Source of the DNA: Minisyncoccota bacterium
GTDB lineage: Bacteria; Patescibacteriota; Minisyncoccia; JAHISW01; Tagabacteraceae
Assembly (NCBI GenBank): GCA_028711505.1
Contig: JAQTSC010000001.1
Location: 168,604-232,603, forward strand
Direction of reading: 5' to 3'
DNA: 64,000 nt
Shown: in pieces, positions 49,642-58,968 of the stretch
Layout of the letters: every line of letters begins with the position of its first letter
Position numbering within the stretch: position 1 is the first letter of the stretch
Made by a program: the position numbers and the translations under genes
Notes under the pieces: model-generated
The model's input: the letters and a program-made list of their open reading frames with translations, nothing else
Told to the model about the DNA's origin: nothing
Database searches by the model: none

Positions 49642-49817
49642 GACGCCTACATTTCATAATAGCCATTTTGCTACGTTGTAGCTTTTAGTTCCCAGAAAGG
49701 GGTTCATCCTCTTACTGCCACTAAAAGCTACGCAAGTGGTTTGAAATGTGGGCGTCCAGTAAGATGTGGTGAGCCCCTTTTTGGGTATTTGGGGACACCG
49801 CACAGGTGCCCTTTTTT
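49642..49817 (+). ncRNA. Candidate novel structured RNA (A-B-A'-B') ending in an intrinsic terminator
   Basis: 49642-49689 pairs with 49720-49756; 49691-49717 pairs with 49757-49785; wobbles are G-U on the plus strand; GGGACACC/GGTGCCC hairpin plus U-run. Confidence 0.65.
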
Positions 49818-49895
49818 CTTTTTCCCATTGAGTGCTTCGAGCACTAACGAGCGCCAAGAGTGTCTGGGAGAAAGAAAAAAGGACGCCTTAATAAA

Positions 49896-50126
49896 ATGAA
49901 TATGAACTACCAAAAACAATTAAGTGTTAGCGAACTAATAATGTGGTCGATTTACTTTTTGTTTTTCTTTTCCATTTTTACCGCAATCAGTACTGGAATA
50001 ATGCAATGGCTTTTCGAGATAAAAACATTATCTTTAATAGTCGGAATAACTTGTGGAATCGTGGGCTGCTATTTGGTAAGAAACTTACCGCACAAAATGA
50101 AAGTAAATGACCGCGGCGGATTATAA
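49896..50126 (+). CDS. Small two-TM protein upstream of the recombinase
   Basis: Two hydrophobic segments; start uncertain. Confidence 0.55.
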   Translation: MNMNYQKQLSVSELIMWSIYFLFFFSIFTAISTGIMQWLFEIKTLSLIVGITCGIVGCYLVRNLPHKMKVNDRGGL

Positions 50127-50147
50127 ACTAACTTCACTTACAAAAAT

Positions 50148-51725
50148 ATGACCAATAACATTTCATCAAAAATAAAAGCAATGGTTTTCTGCCGCGTCTC
50201 TTCCAAAGAACAAGAAGACACGGGCTACTCGTTGGACTCGCAAGAAAAACTTTTGACCGAGTATGCGAAAAAATACGATTACAAAATTGTAAAAGTCTAC
50301 CGCATATCTGAATCAGCCAGCGGCAAACAGGTGCGCAAAACTTTTATTGAGGCTTTGCAATTTGCCACAAAAAATAAAATAGAAATTATTTTGTGTGAAA
50401 AAATTGACCGCCTTACTCGCAACTTAAAAGATGCCGCCACAATAGATGACTGGGTAAAGGAAGACACGGCGCGCGCAGTTCATTTCGTCAAAGAAAACTT
50501 TATCTTGAACCAACAGACGAAGGCTCACGATAATTTTATTTGGGATATGAAAGTTGCTGTTGCCAGATTTTATACCAACAATCTTTCCGAAGAAGTTAAG
50601 AAAGGACAAATAGAAAAAATAGCCCAAGGTTGGCTACCAACAAAACCGCCGCTCGGATATAAAACTATCGGCGACAAAGGACACAAGACGCACGTCATTG
50701 ATGAAGAAGTGGCGCCTTTTATGCGCAAGATGTTTGAATGGTACGCTACGGGCAATTATTCAGTTGCGCGCGTGGAAAAGGAATTGTTTGAGGCTGGGCT
50801 GCGCACACGTTCGGGTAAAAAGCTGGGAATGAGTCGAATCCATATGATGCTACAAGACCCGTTCTATTACGGCAAGATGCGCTGGATGGGAAAAGTATTT
50901 GCTGGTATGCACAAGCCGCTTATAGAAAAAGATGTGTTTGATAAAGTACAAGGATTACTGCGCCGAAAAACAAACTCACCTCATCTTCGAAAACACAACC
51001 CACTTTTTAAGAGCAAAATCTTCTGCGAAAATTGCGGCGGGATGATGACTTGGTATGAGAAGAAAGGACACTGGTATGGGCACTGTAACAACCACGGAGA
51101 GTACGCCAGGTGCACTAAAAAGACCTGTATGAGGCAGGAAGCCATAGAAGAACAGATAACCACCGTCTTTGACGTCATAGCCCCTCAAAATGAGGAGGTG
51201 CTTGCAGCGATAGTTCAAATCCTTAAAGACAAACACAAGGATATGACCGCCAACCGCGAGAATGATATTAAAAGGTATAATTCGCTCCTGGCTAATGTCC
51301 AGACACAGAAAGACAGACTCTACGAAGCCAAGCTAAATAAGGAGGTGCCAGTTGAGTACGTAGAGCGCAAGCTGGCTGAATTAACCACCGAAGCAGAGAC
51401 TTTGGAAAATACCCTGGTTTCTGTGAGAGACAAGAGCGATGAGCACCAAGCGGCAGGCATTGCCGTACACGAGCTGGCGTTTCGTTCAAAGGAGATTTAC
51501 GAGGTAGCTGATGACGTTGATATGAAGAGATTGCTTTTGTCTCAATTATTTACGAACTTGCTACAAAATGGGCTTGAAATAAAGAAAGAATACACATCCG
51601 CCGCTAAATTATTGATAGAATGGGTGCCAAAGCTAAACAAGGATTACGAACTGCAAAAAAGTGAGCAGATAAAAGGAAAAGACGTCGTTTTGTCGACGTC
51701 TTCTCCTGTCTGGCTCCGGTGGTAG
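50148..51725 (+). CDS. Large serine recombinase (resolvase + recombinase + Zn ribbon + coiled coil)
   Basis: FCRVSSKEQ catalytic Ser, KIDRLTRN, PPLGY, PFYYG and CENCG; stop codon lies inside the antisense tRNA. Confidence 0.95.
   Translation: MTNNISSKIKAMVFCRVSSKEQEDTGYSLDSQEKLLTEYAKKYDYKIVKVYRISESASGKQVRKTFIEALQFATKNKIEIILCEKIDRLTRNLKDAATIDDWVKEDTARAVHFVKENFILNQQTKAHDNFIWDMKVAVARFYTNNLSEEVKKGQIEKIAQGWLPTKPPLGYKTIGDKGHKTHVIDEEVAPFMRKMFEWYATGNYSVARVEKELFEAGLRTRSGKKLGMSRIHMMLQDPFYYGKMRWMGKVFAGMHKPLIEKDVFDKVQGLLRRKTNSPHLRKHNPLFKSKIFCENCGGMMTWYEKKGHWYGHCNNHGEYARCTKKTCMRQEAIEEQITTVFDVIAPQNEEVLAAIVQILKDKHKDMTANRENDIKRYNSLLANVQTQKDRLYEAKLNKEVPVEYVERKLAELTTEAETLENTLVSVRDKSDEHQAAGIAVHELAFRSKEIYEVADDVDMKRLLLSQLFTNLLQNGLEIKKEYTSAAKLLIEWVPKLNKDYELQKSEQIKGKDVVLSTSSPVWLRW
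51671..51707 (-). terminator. Terminator for tRNA-Asn, encoded antisense within the recombinase 3' end
   Basis: AGGAGAAGACGTCG/CGACGTCTTTTCCT stem plus U-run, 3 nt after the tRNA CCA. Confidence 0.7.
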
Positions 51726-51785
51726 GATTCGAACCTACAACCAACTCCTTAACAGGGAGCTGCGCTACCGTTGCGCTACACCGGA
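51711..51785 (-). tRNA. tRNA-Asn(GTT)
   Basis: TCCGGTG/CACCGGA acceptor stem, anticodon loop CTGTTAA, GGTTCGAATCC T-arm, encoded CCA; 75 nt. Confidence 0.97.
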
Positions 51786-51818
51786 ATAAAAACTTATTTC
51801 CCTATTCTATATTCTGTT

Positions 51819-53057
51819 CTAATACCCTTCAAGCCTCCGCAATTTATCGTGTTGGCGGATTTTTTCAATCGCTTTGGCTTCAATCTGACGTATTCGCTCG
51901 CGGGTAACCCCAAATTCTTTTCCCACTTCTTCAAGCGTGTGAGTGATGCCGTCGGCAAGTCCGAAACGCATCTCCAAAATTTTCTGTTCTCTCGGCGCCA
52001 AATCAATCAAAATTTCTTTAAGCTGGTCTTTAAGCAATCTGCGCGCCGCCTGTTGGTCTGGCGACAGAATTTTTTCATCTTCAATAAATTCACCGAGCGT
52101 TGAATCGTCTTCGTCGTCTCCGACCGGCGCTTCAAGTGAAATCGTTTCCTGGGAAATCTTCTGCATGTGGCGAATTTTTTCCACCTCAACTCCCATCTCC
52201 GCCGCTATTTCTTCGGCGAGGGGATCTCTTCCCAGATCCTGAGTAAGCCGGCGGAAAACTTGCTGATATTTTGAAATCGTTTCAACCATATGAACGGGAA
52301 TGCGAATCGTTCTCGCCTGATCCGCCAAGGCGCGCGTTATCGCCTGTCTCACCCACCAAGTAGCGTATGTGGAAAATTTAAAACCTTTTCTCCAGTCAAA
52401 TTTTTCAACGGCGCGGAAAAGTCCGAGGTTTCCTTCCTGTATCAAATCCAAAATAGTAAGGTTCGGAGTGCGATTTATGTATTTTTTGGCGATGGAAACA
52501 ACCAAACGCAAATTAGCCTGCGCTAATTTCTTTTTCGCTTCGTCATCTCCCTGCTCAATGAGCTTTGCCAATTCTTTTTCTTCCTGCGCGGTGATAAGCG
52601 GAATTTTTCCTATCTCTTTCAGATACATCTGGACAGAGTCCGACAACCCGCCGCCTTCTTCAAGAAGTCTGGCTTTCCCTTTTTTGCGAGGAACGGCGTC
52701 GGTTTCCAAAAGATCGCTTCCTTCCAATACATCTATTCCCTGCTCTTCGCATTTAACGTAAAGATGGTCAAGAAAAACAATGTCGTTTTCTATATCAGGG
52801 AAAGCTTTAAGTATCTCGTTATGAGTTATGAACCCCCGTGTTTTGCCTTTCGCTAAAAGAATCTCTATTTTTTGTTCGTTTGTTATTTTCCCTTTCTTCT
52901 GCAAGGGTTCTTTAACAATTACCGCTTTCTCCGGCTTTATGCCGGCTTTTTTAGAAATTTTTTCCGATTTCTTGACTAAAGATTTTCCCTGAGATTTTCC
53001 GGAAGATTTAGGTGAAAGATGTTTTTGAGATTTGGCTTTTGCGAGTTTTTTGGGCAT
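51819..53057 (-). CDS. rpoD: Primary sigma factor with Lys-rich N-terminal extension
   Basis: [26 protein letters not shown] and TRERIRQIE motifs. Confidence 0.97.
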   Translation of the reverse strand: MPKKLAKAKSQKHLSPKSSGKSQGKSLVKKSEKISKKAGIKPEKAVIVKEPLQKKGKITNEQKIEILLAKGKTRGFITHNEILKAFPDIENDIVFLDHLYVKCEEQGIDVLEGSDLLETDAVPRKKGKARLLEEGGGLSDSVQMYLKEIGKIPLITAQEEKELAKLIEQGDDEAKKKLAQANLRLVVSIAKKYINRTPNLTILDLIQEGNLGLFRAVEKFDWRKGFKFSTYATWWVRQAITRALADQARTIRIPVHMVETISKYQQVFRRLTQDLGRDPLAEEIAAEMGVEVEKIRHMQKISQETISLEAPVGDDEDDSTLGEFIEDEKILSPDQQAARRLLKDQLKEILIDLAPREQKILEMRFGLADGITHTLEEVGKEFGVTRERIRQIEAKAIEKIRQHDKLRRLEGY

Positions 53058-53144
53058 TGAGAATAAATATAATACATCTTGCGTTTAAAAACAAGAATCC
53101 CGCCCCGTCTTTACACCGGAGCGGGATTCTTTAAAATCCAAAAT

Positions 53145-55820
53145 CTACGCCGAACACAATCCCCAACCGCAAACCGGACAAGAAGCACAGCCTTCCTTAA
53201 AAGAAAGTTCCACTTTGCAATTAGGACAATGTGTTATTTTGCCGTTCCCATTTCCATTGCCATTTCCGTTTCCGTTTAAATCTCCGTTCAAAATACTTGA
53301 AGACGAAGAATCCAAATACACGGCCATTCCTTCTGCTTTTTCATCTTTCATGCTTTGAAGGTTTGAACGCGGACTTTCGCTCCCCTTGCTACCCTTGGTC
53401 ATCCTGCTCTTTTTTGTGTCGGCCACCGCCGTTAAAACCTGATCTTTAATTGATTCATCGCGAAACACGGTTACATCTTTACAGCCGAGTTCGTAAGCAA
53501 GAATATAAGCTTTTTTCATATCTTCCACCGTCGCGGTCTTGGGGAAATTAATTGTTTTTGAAATTGAAGAATCAATCCATTTCTGGAAAACAGAAAGTGC
53601 CCTAACGTGCTCTTCCGGCTTTATGTCATGGCTTACCACAAAAAGTTTTTTAAGTCTCGGAGGAATATAATTTATGCCTTGAACAGATCCGTGATTATCA
53701 ACAACGTCATTTAAAAGGTCTTCATCAAAAAGCCCTTCCCTTAGCATTACTTTTTCAAAAACCGGGTCAATATAATAGAAAGAACCGACAGCGACGCTTT
53801 TCTGATACACAAGCGAATAAACAGGCTCTATGCCGGACGAACACCCGGCTATCATTGAAGTGGAACCCGTGGGAGCCACAACGGTTGTAAAGCTGTTTCT
53901 TACGCCATAGCGCTTTATATCGGCGGCAATTTTTTTCCAGTCAAAATTCCAGGATTTTTTGTCGTAAAATCCGGAAAAAGGCAACTTCCCTTCCGCGTAA
54001 AAACTCTTCTTAAAAAGAGGGAAAGGTCCCCGTCTTTTAGATATTTCTATTGATTCAAGTTTTGAATGATAGTTTATGAACTCTGTGACTTTTTCCATCA
54101 TTTCGTGCCCTTTCTGAGAATCGTATGGCAATTCAAGCTCAAAAAGAAAATCTCCAAGCCCCATAATTCCAAGCCCCGCCTTTCTCGTCTTTAAAGACAT
54201 TTCTTCGATGTCTTTAAGCGGAAATTTGTTCATGTCTATTATATTATCCAAAAACTTAAGGCCAACGCGCGCCGCTCTGGCAATGCCGTCCCAATCAACG
54301 GTTTTTTTATCGTGAGAATTTTCTTTTATGAAAGACCACAAATTTATGGCGCCGAGATTGCAGGACTCGTTCGGATAAAGCAAAAGTTCGCCGCAAGGAT
54401 TAGTCGTAACTATCGGCCCGAGCGCTTTTAGCATCGGGTTGTGTTCATTTATGCGGTCAAAATAAATCACTCCCGGCTCTCCCGACTCCCACGCCTGATA
54501 CGCGATTTTTTCAAGAAAAATTTTGGGAGAGATATACCCCATTACCACTTTTGTTCTCGGATTCAATAAAGGATAAGGCTTGTCTTTTTTGTAATAGTCC
54601 CAAAAATCTCCCATCACTAAAACCGAAATGTTGAAATTCTTCAAAAATTTGTTGCCTGTTTTTGAAGTAATGAATTTTTCTATGTCAGGGTGATTGCTAT
54701 TCATTATGCCCATGTTCGCTCCGCGCCGTATTCCACCCTGCTTCACCACTTCGGTCATGGTGTCAAAAAGTCTCATAAAACTCAAAGGGCCGGAAGAAGT
54801 TCCTCCTGTCGTTTTTATGAAATCGCCTTCGGGCCTTAATTTTGAAAAATTATAGCCAAGGCCGCCGCCGGATTTAAAAATAATAGAAGCCCTTTTTAAG
54901 GTTTCCATTATTGAATCAATGGAGTCATCTATATCCAAAGCGAAACAAGCCGAGCCCATGCCAAGATAACTTCCGAAATTCGCGATAGCCGGAGTGTTTG
55001 GCATAAATTTTCTGCTCACCATCAACTCTTTCACTTCGTCCATTTCTTTCTGGTACTCTTTAAACTTGTTCTGCTTCAGCATGGAAACAAGATTTTCCCA
55101 GCTTGTTTTCATTCTGCCTTCTTTTTCAAAACGCTTAAAAAGCCGGTAAAGACCTTTTACGTGAAAACGGTTGAGAGAATAATCTCCAAGTTTTAAAGTT
55201 CCTTCCAAGGCAATCGCTTTCTCGTTTGGAAGTTCCCTTTCTTCTTCGGTGAGTTCGTGAAGCGCTTCAAGAAAATCTTTTTTCGGCTTGCCGCTGACTT
55301 TTTTATCGTGCATTACGCTGGCAAGAGTGGCATGTAAGGCAACGCGCTCAAAAAGCTGTTTTGGAGACTCTATAACCCTGCCGTTGTCGTCTTTTCTCAA
55401 ATAGCGGCTTTTTAAAACCCTTAGAGCATTCGGGTCAAAACGCTTATCAACTTCATCTATCTCCTGTTTATCCAAAATATCCTGCTTTTCCCTCCTTATT
55501 TCGCCTCTTTTTTGCCGGTAAAGTATGTATGATTTCGCCACTTTGGCATGGCCTTTATCAACCAAAGACTCTTCTACAAGGTCCTGTATTTCTTCTATGG
55601 AGGGAACGGCTTTTGACACCGCTTTTTTGTATTTTTTTTCCAGTTTTTGAAGTACGGCAACCATCACTTCCTCGGCAAGCGGGTAATCTGGCTTGGCGCT
55701 TGCCTGAAACGCTTTAAAAACAGCCTGCGTGATGCGGCCTGCGTCAAAATCAACGATCCTTCCGTCCCTCTTTTTTATTTTTTTGGGGGCTGGCAATGGA
55801 GAATTTTTTTTCGGTTGCAT
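53145..55820 (-). CDS. nrdJ: Class II (adenosylcobalamin) ribonucleotide reductase with ATP cone and C-terminal Zn finger
   Basis: KKRDG ATP cone, SACF, RRGANMG, TNPCGE, APTGS and terminal CPNC...CPVCG. Confidence 0.92.
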   Translation of the reverse strand: MQPKKNSPLPAPKKIKKRDGRIVDFDAGRITQAVFKAFQASAKPDYPLAEEVMVAVLQKLEKKYKKAVSKAVPSIEEIQDLVEESLVDKGHAKVAKSYILYRQKRGEIRREKQDILDKQEIDEVDKRFDPNALRVLKSRYLRKDDNGRVIESPKQLFERVALHATLASVMHDKKVSGKPKKDFLEALHELTEEERELPNEKAIALEGTLKLGDYSLNRFHVKGLYRLFKRFEKEGRMKTSWENLVSMLKQNKFKEYQKEMDEVKELMVSRKFMPNTPAIANFGSYLGMGSACFALDIDDSIDSIMETLKRASIIFKSGGGLGYNFSKLRPEGDFIKTTGGTSSGPLSFMRLFDTMTEVVKQGGIRRGANMGIMNSNHPDIEKFITSKTGNKFLKNFNISVLVMGDFWDYYKKDKPYPLLNPRTKVVMGYISPKIFLEKIAYQAWESGEPGVIYFDRINEHNPMLKALGPIVTTNPCGELLLYPNESCNLGAINLWSFIKENSHDKKTVDWDGIARAARVGLKFLDNIIDMNKFPLKDIEEMSLKTRKAGLGIMGLGDFLFELELPYDSQKGHEMMEKVTEFINYHSKLESIEISKRRGPFPLFKKSFYAEGKLPFSGFYDKKSWNFDWKKIAADIKRYGVRNSFTTVVAPTGSTSMIAGCSSGIEPVYSLVYQKSVAVGSFYYIDPVFEKVMLREGLFDEDLLNDVVDNHGSVQGINYIPPRLKKLFVVSHDIKPEEHVRALSVFQKWIDSSISKTINFPKTATVEDMKKAYILAYELGCKDVTVFRDESIKDQVLTAVADTKKSRMTKGSKGSESPRSNLQSMKDEKAEGMAVYLDSSSSSILNGDLNGNGNGNGNGNGKITHCPNCKVELSFKEGCASCPVCGWGLCSA

Positions 55821-56061
55821 GATTTTCGCGATTAACTTTCTTCTTGCTGTCTATATCTTACCAAAAACCGGCAACAAAAAACTTGTGGATAAACATGCGG
55901 AATTTTTTTCAAAAGTTCGTCAAATTCACTTCGCAAAAAAACGAAAAAATAAAAGCCCCCGCAGGGGGCGAAAAAATTAAAATCAAAAAATCGCGAAAAA
56001 TAAAAAATCCGCCAGACCTTCGAGCCTGGCGGAAATGAAAAATCTGTTGCTTGGCAAATCA

Positions 56062-56433
56062 TCAAATAACGGCATTGCAGATTTTAAAACTCCCATCAGT
56101 CGCAATTCTCGGCCCAAAAGACATACAAACACCCTTGAACCAGGTAAAAATCCCGAGACCCCAAACCGCCTGCGCCACAAAAAGGCCCCACGGCTCTATG
56201 GCAAACCAACATGCCCCGTAAAGAAAAAACCCCAGGAAGACAAAAATGGACGCTTCCCATCGGCAGAATGAGACTGCAGTGAAAACTAACACAGAAAAAA
56301 TAGTGATGACCGGAGAAGTATCCCTAAGAAGACTAAGGAAGAAAAGCCCAAAAAGTCCACAACCCATCGCGGCCATCAAAAAAAAGAAAACACTAAACGC
56401 CTGATTAACCCCCCTGTAAAAGGATTTTTTCAT
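56062..56433 (-). CDS. Hypothetical membrane protein
   Basis: Hydrophobic; promoter TTGACA...TATAAT near 56498-56527. Confidence 0.55.
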   Translation of the reverse strand: MKKSFYRGVNQAFSVFFFLMAAMGCGLFGLFFLSLLRDTSPVITIFSVLVFTAVSFCRWEASIFVFLGFFLYGACWFAIEPWGLFVAQAVWGLGIFTWFKGVCMSFGPRIATDGSFKICNAVI

Positions 56434-56553
56434 AGAAACACCCCCCTTTTTTTATTCTTTTTTTATTGCCAAAAAAATGATTTCAAATCTAATGTATATT
56501 ATACACCAAAAATTAACCTATTGTCAATAACAATAAACTTATGCAAAAACCCC

Positions 56554-57477
56554 CTACGGCTGCAAAATATCCTCTGTTCGGCCGTTTACCGACATAATCA
56601 CACTATTTACCGTTGAAAACTGCTTTAAAGTCTCGGTTATTTGAGCCCTTATGGCAGAAACTCGGCAGGAACCGCCCACCGCCCGCTCCATTTCCCCGTC
56701 AAAATCCACTCTGGCAACTCCATTTTCTATAGTTAAACTGTTGATTTTAACGCCCGGGTTTATGGAAGTGGCAAAACCGCATTTTTTCTCAACACTGGCA
56801 GGACCTTTTAAAAGTTCTTCAAGCGCCACGCGCGCCACGGCCTGTGTTTTTGCGACTTTTCTTTCCACGGGGAAAACTTTATTGCAGGAAGCCTCCGGAT
56901 CCAAAATGGAATTATTAAAATATGCTCTTATTGTTATTGTTTCGGTTTCTGAAAAATTTACCGGAATTCTGACCTCCGCCGAATTCTCCGGAAGTCCGGA
57001 CGGATTATCTTTTTCCAAAACCAAAAAACCGGTTTTCGCCCCTTTTGCGTCAAAACTGATTTCAGTTTCAAATGGCACAAAATTTTCCGTCATCCAATCC
57101 CCGCCAGCTTGCGCCGGAACAGCCGCTAAAACTTCTTCTTTTTCATTTAAAATTTTTACAGGAAACGACGCTTCAAAATACCAAGAACCCCTTGCTTCTC
57201 CTTTTACAATAAGCGGACTTGAAATCGTATCCCCGGATTTCGGAGACACAAGCCGCACACTGTCGTTTAAAGCGACTCCGTTATTATTATCTTGAAAATT
57301 ATTTCCGCACGGCTCCGCGGGTTTTTCCGCGTACGGACTGCCATGTTTTACCCACTCCCCTTTTTCTTTATCGCAAATCCACGTATCTTCGTCTCCGCCG
57401 ATTAAAAAACGCAAAGTTAAAACCAGCGCCGCAATCGCCAAAACGATAAAAATAACAGTTAATATTTTATTCGCCAT
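56554..57477 (-). CDS. Membrane-anchored Gmad2 Ig-like + GerMN domain protein
   Basis: GEARGSWYFEASFP, KDNPSGLP and GSCRVSAIRAQITETLKQF motifs. Confidence 0.85.
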   Translation of the reverse strand: MANKILTVIFIVLAIAALVLTLRFLIGGDEDTWICDKEKGEWVKHGSPYAEKPAEPCGNNFQDNNNGVALNDSVRLVSPKSGDTISSPLIVKGEARGSWYFEASFPVKILNEKEEVLAAVPAQAGGDWMTENFVPFETEISFDAKGAKTGFLVLEKDNPSGLPENSAEVRIPVNFSETETITIRAYFNNSILDPEASCNKVFPVERKVAKTQAVARVALEELLKGPASVEKKCGFATSINPGVKINSLTIENGVARVDFDGEMERAVGGSCRVSAIRAQITETLKQFSTVNSVIMSVNGRTEDILQP

Positions 57478-57507
57478 ATTGTTTTTATCAAAAACAACAA
57501 ACAAAGA

Positions 57508-57651
57508 AGACGGAAGACAAAACGAATTTGGCGGATTGTGCAGCCCGAGCGGGCATGGATTTTTTCTGAAAGAAAAATGAGCGAGGGCGGAGCCCTTTTG
57601 ATCACCGCGCAGGAGCGATCGAAAAAAGCCAGATCGTTTTATCTTCCGCCT
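57508..57651. repeat. Intergenic element with ~24-bp imperfect terminal inverted repeats (MITE/REP-like or RNA hairpin)
   Basis: AGACGGAAGACAAAACGAATTTGGC ... GCCAGATCGTTTTATCTTCCGCCT. Confidence 0.5.
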
Positions 57652-57663
57652 AAAACGAATTTT

Positions 57664-58131
57664 CTATTGCTTTTCTATACCCAAAAGTTCCACTTCAAAA
57701 ATAAGAGTAGAGTTCGGCGGTATTGAACCGATGGCGCGCGAACCATAGCCAAGCTCAGCAGGAATAATGAGTTTTCTTTTTTCTCCGATTTTCATTCCCA
57801 AAACTCCCTGGTCCCAACCTTTTATCACATACCCCGATCCAAGCGGAAATGAAAACGGCTGTCCCCTGTCTATACTGGAATCAAACTTTGTTCCGTTTTC
57901 CAAAACGCCGACATAGTGCACGGAAACTGTATCGCCGTTTTTCGCTTCCGCGCCAGTTCCCTCTTTTAAAATTTCAATCTTTAATTCTCCTGCTTGATTT
58001 TCCATATTTTGATTTTGCGCCGGATCCAACGTTTGCTCTTCCGACTCATTATTAATTTTTGAATAATCGTAAATAAAATACGAAACCAACGCGACCGTTA
58101 AAATAACAATGACTAAAACGATTTTATTCAT
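57664..58131 (-). CDS. FKBP-type peptidyl-prolyl isomerase
   Basis: VSVHYVG, FDSS, VIKGWD and [13 protein letters not shown] motifs. Confidence 0.95.
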   Translation of the reverse strand: MNKIVLVIVILTVALVSYFIYDYSKINNESEEQTLDPAQNQNMENQAGELKIEILKEGTGAEAKNGDTVSVHYVGVLENGTKFDSSIDRGQPFSFPLGSGYVIKGWDQGVLGMKIGEKRKLIIPAELGYGSRAIGSIPPNSTLIFEVELLGIEKQ

Positions 58132-58132
58132 A

Positions 58133-58861
58133 TTATTTCAGGCCAAAAGAAGTTTTAACGGTAACCATTATTTCTTTTTCAATACTGGAAGTGTCATAAG
58201 TGCCGTAATCGGACACATCAACGGAATTAAGCGGCAAAACCTGCACTACACCGCTTGAAGCGGACCTTATGCTACCCGTTTTTTTGCCGGCACTTTCCGC
58301 GATTTTGTCCGCCCTGTCTTTGGCATCTTTTACCGCGTCAGAAAGCAAAGAAACCCTGGTTTCCGGAAGTTTGGAATAGTAATATTCAAGTGACTGCACC
58401 GAGGCTATCGCGCCCTTGACTGCCAATTCGGGTATGGCTTTTGAAAGATTAGTGATTTTTGAGACATCGGCTGATTGAATAATCGCGGTTTGCCGAAGTT
58501 CATATTCATTTTCCCCTCCTTGTTTGTTGCTCCAGAATTGATTCATGGAAACAGGGCTAATGGTTGTTTCTGTGGCGGAAATTCCCTTTTGGGCCAAGAG
58601 CTCATTTAAAAAGCCGAGGTCGCGGGAGACTTGAGAATTGCCGTACGCAAGCTGGCTCACGGGAACAACGCGCGACAAAACTATTGTCAATTTTGCCTGA
58701 TCCGAAGTCACCGCTTTTTTGGCGGAACCCGTAACAGTCAAAACGTCTCTGCTGGTCGCGTACTGCGCGTAATAATAAAATCCGCCGAAGATTGAAAAGC
58801 TGATTATTAAGGAAATGCCCAAAATGACGGCGAAAGGTATTTTTGAATTTGTCGGAGGCAT
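58133..58861 (-). CDS. SIMPL (DUF541) domain protein
   Basis: VTGSAKK.V.SD.A, A..DAK.RA..IA and YDTSS..K motifs. Confidence 0.85.
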   Translation of the reverse strand: MPPTNSKIPFAVILGISLIISFSIFGGFYYYAQYATSRDVLTVTGSAKKAVTSDQAKLTIVLSRVVPVSQLAYGNSQVSRDLGFLNELLAQKGISATETTISPVSMNQFWSNKQGGENEYELRQTAIIQSADVSKITNLSKAIPELAVKGAIASVQSLEYYYSKLPETRVSLLSDAVKDAKDRADKIAESAGKKTGSIRSASSGVVQVLPLNSVDVSDYGTYDTSSIEKEIMVTVKTSFGLK

Positions 58862-58968
58862 AATATTTAAAATTTAAGGTTAATTATAGTTTTATTATAC
58901 AATGAACTAAAAAATCTTAAAATTGACGGTGGCGGTGTTTGGAAGTTTAAGTAAAAAACATGGAACCG

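Larger units (their letters stand above)
37825..51716. mobile_element. ~13.9 kb integrative (satellite/IME-like) element at the tRNA-Asn 3' end
   Basis: TGGCTC core at 37825-37830 and 51711-51716; serine recombinase, primase-helicase, HTH genes, defence cargo; no capsid or conjugation genes recognised. Confidence 0.85.

Noticed and set aside
49699-49711. GGGGTTCATCCTC in the ncRNA loop as a T-arm mimic or att-guide sequence
   Set aside because: Only partial resemblance to GGTTCGAATCC and no extended complementarity to either att arm; too short to support a guide-RNA claim
53240-53280. (GN)n repeat in the RNR as a contingency locus or intein remnant
   Set aside because: Codons vary, and no intein splice or endonuclease motifs were seen; consistent with a flexible linker
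55883-55891. DnaA box (also at ~11909) as oriC
   Set aside because: Isolated single boxes without a cluster or adjacent dnaA
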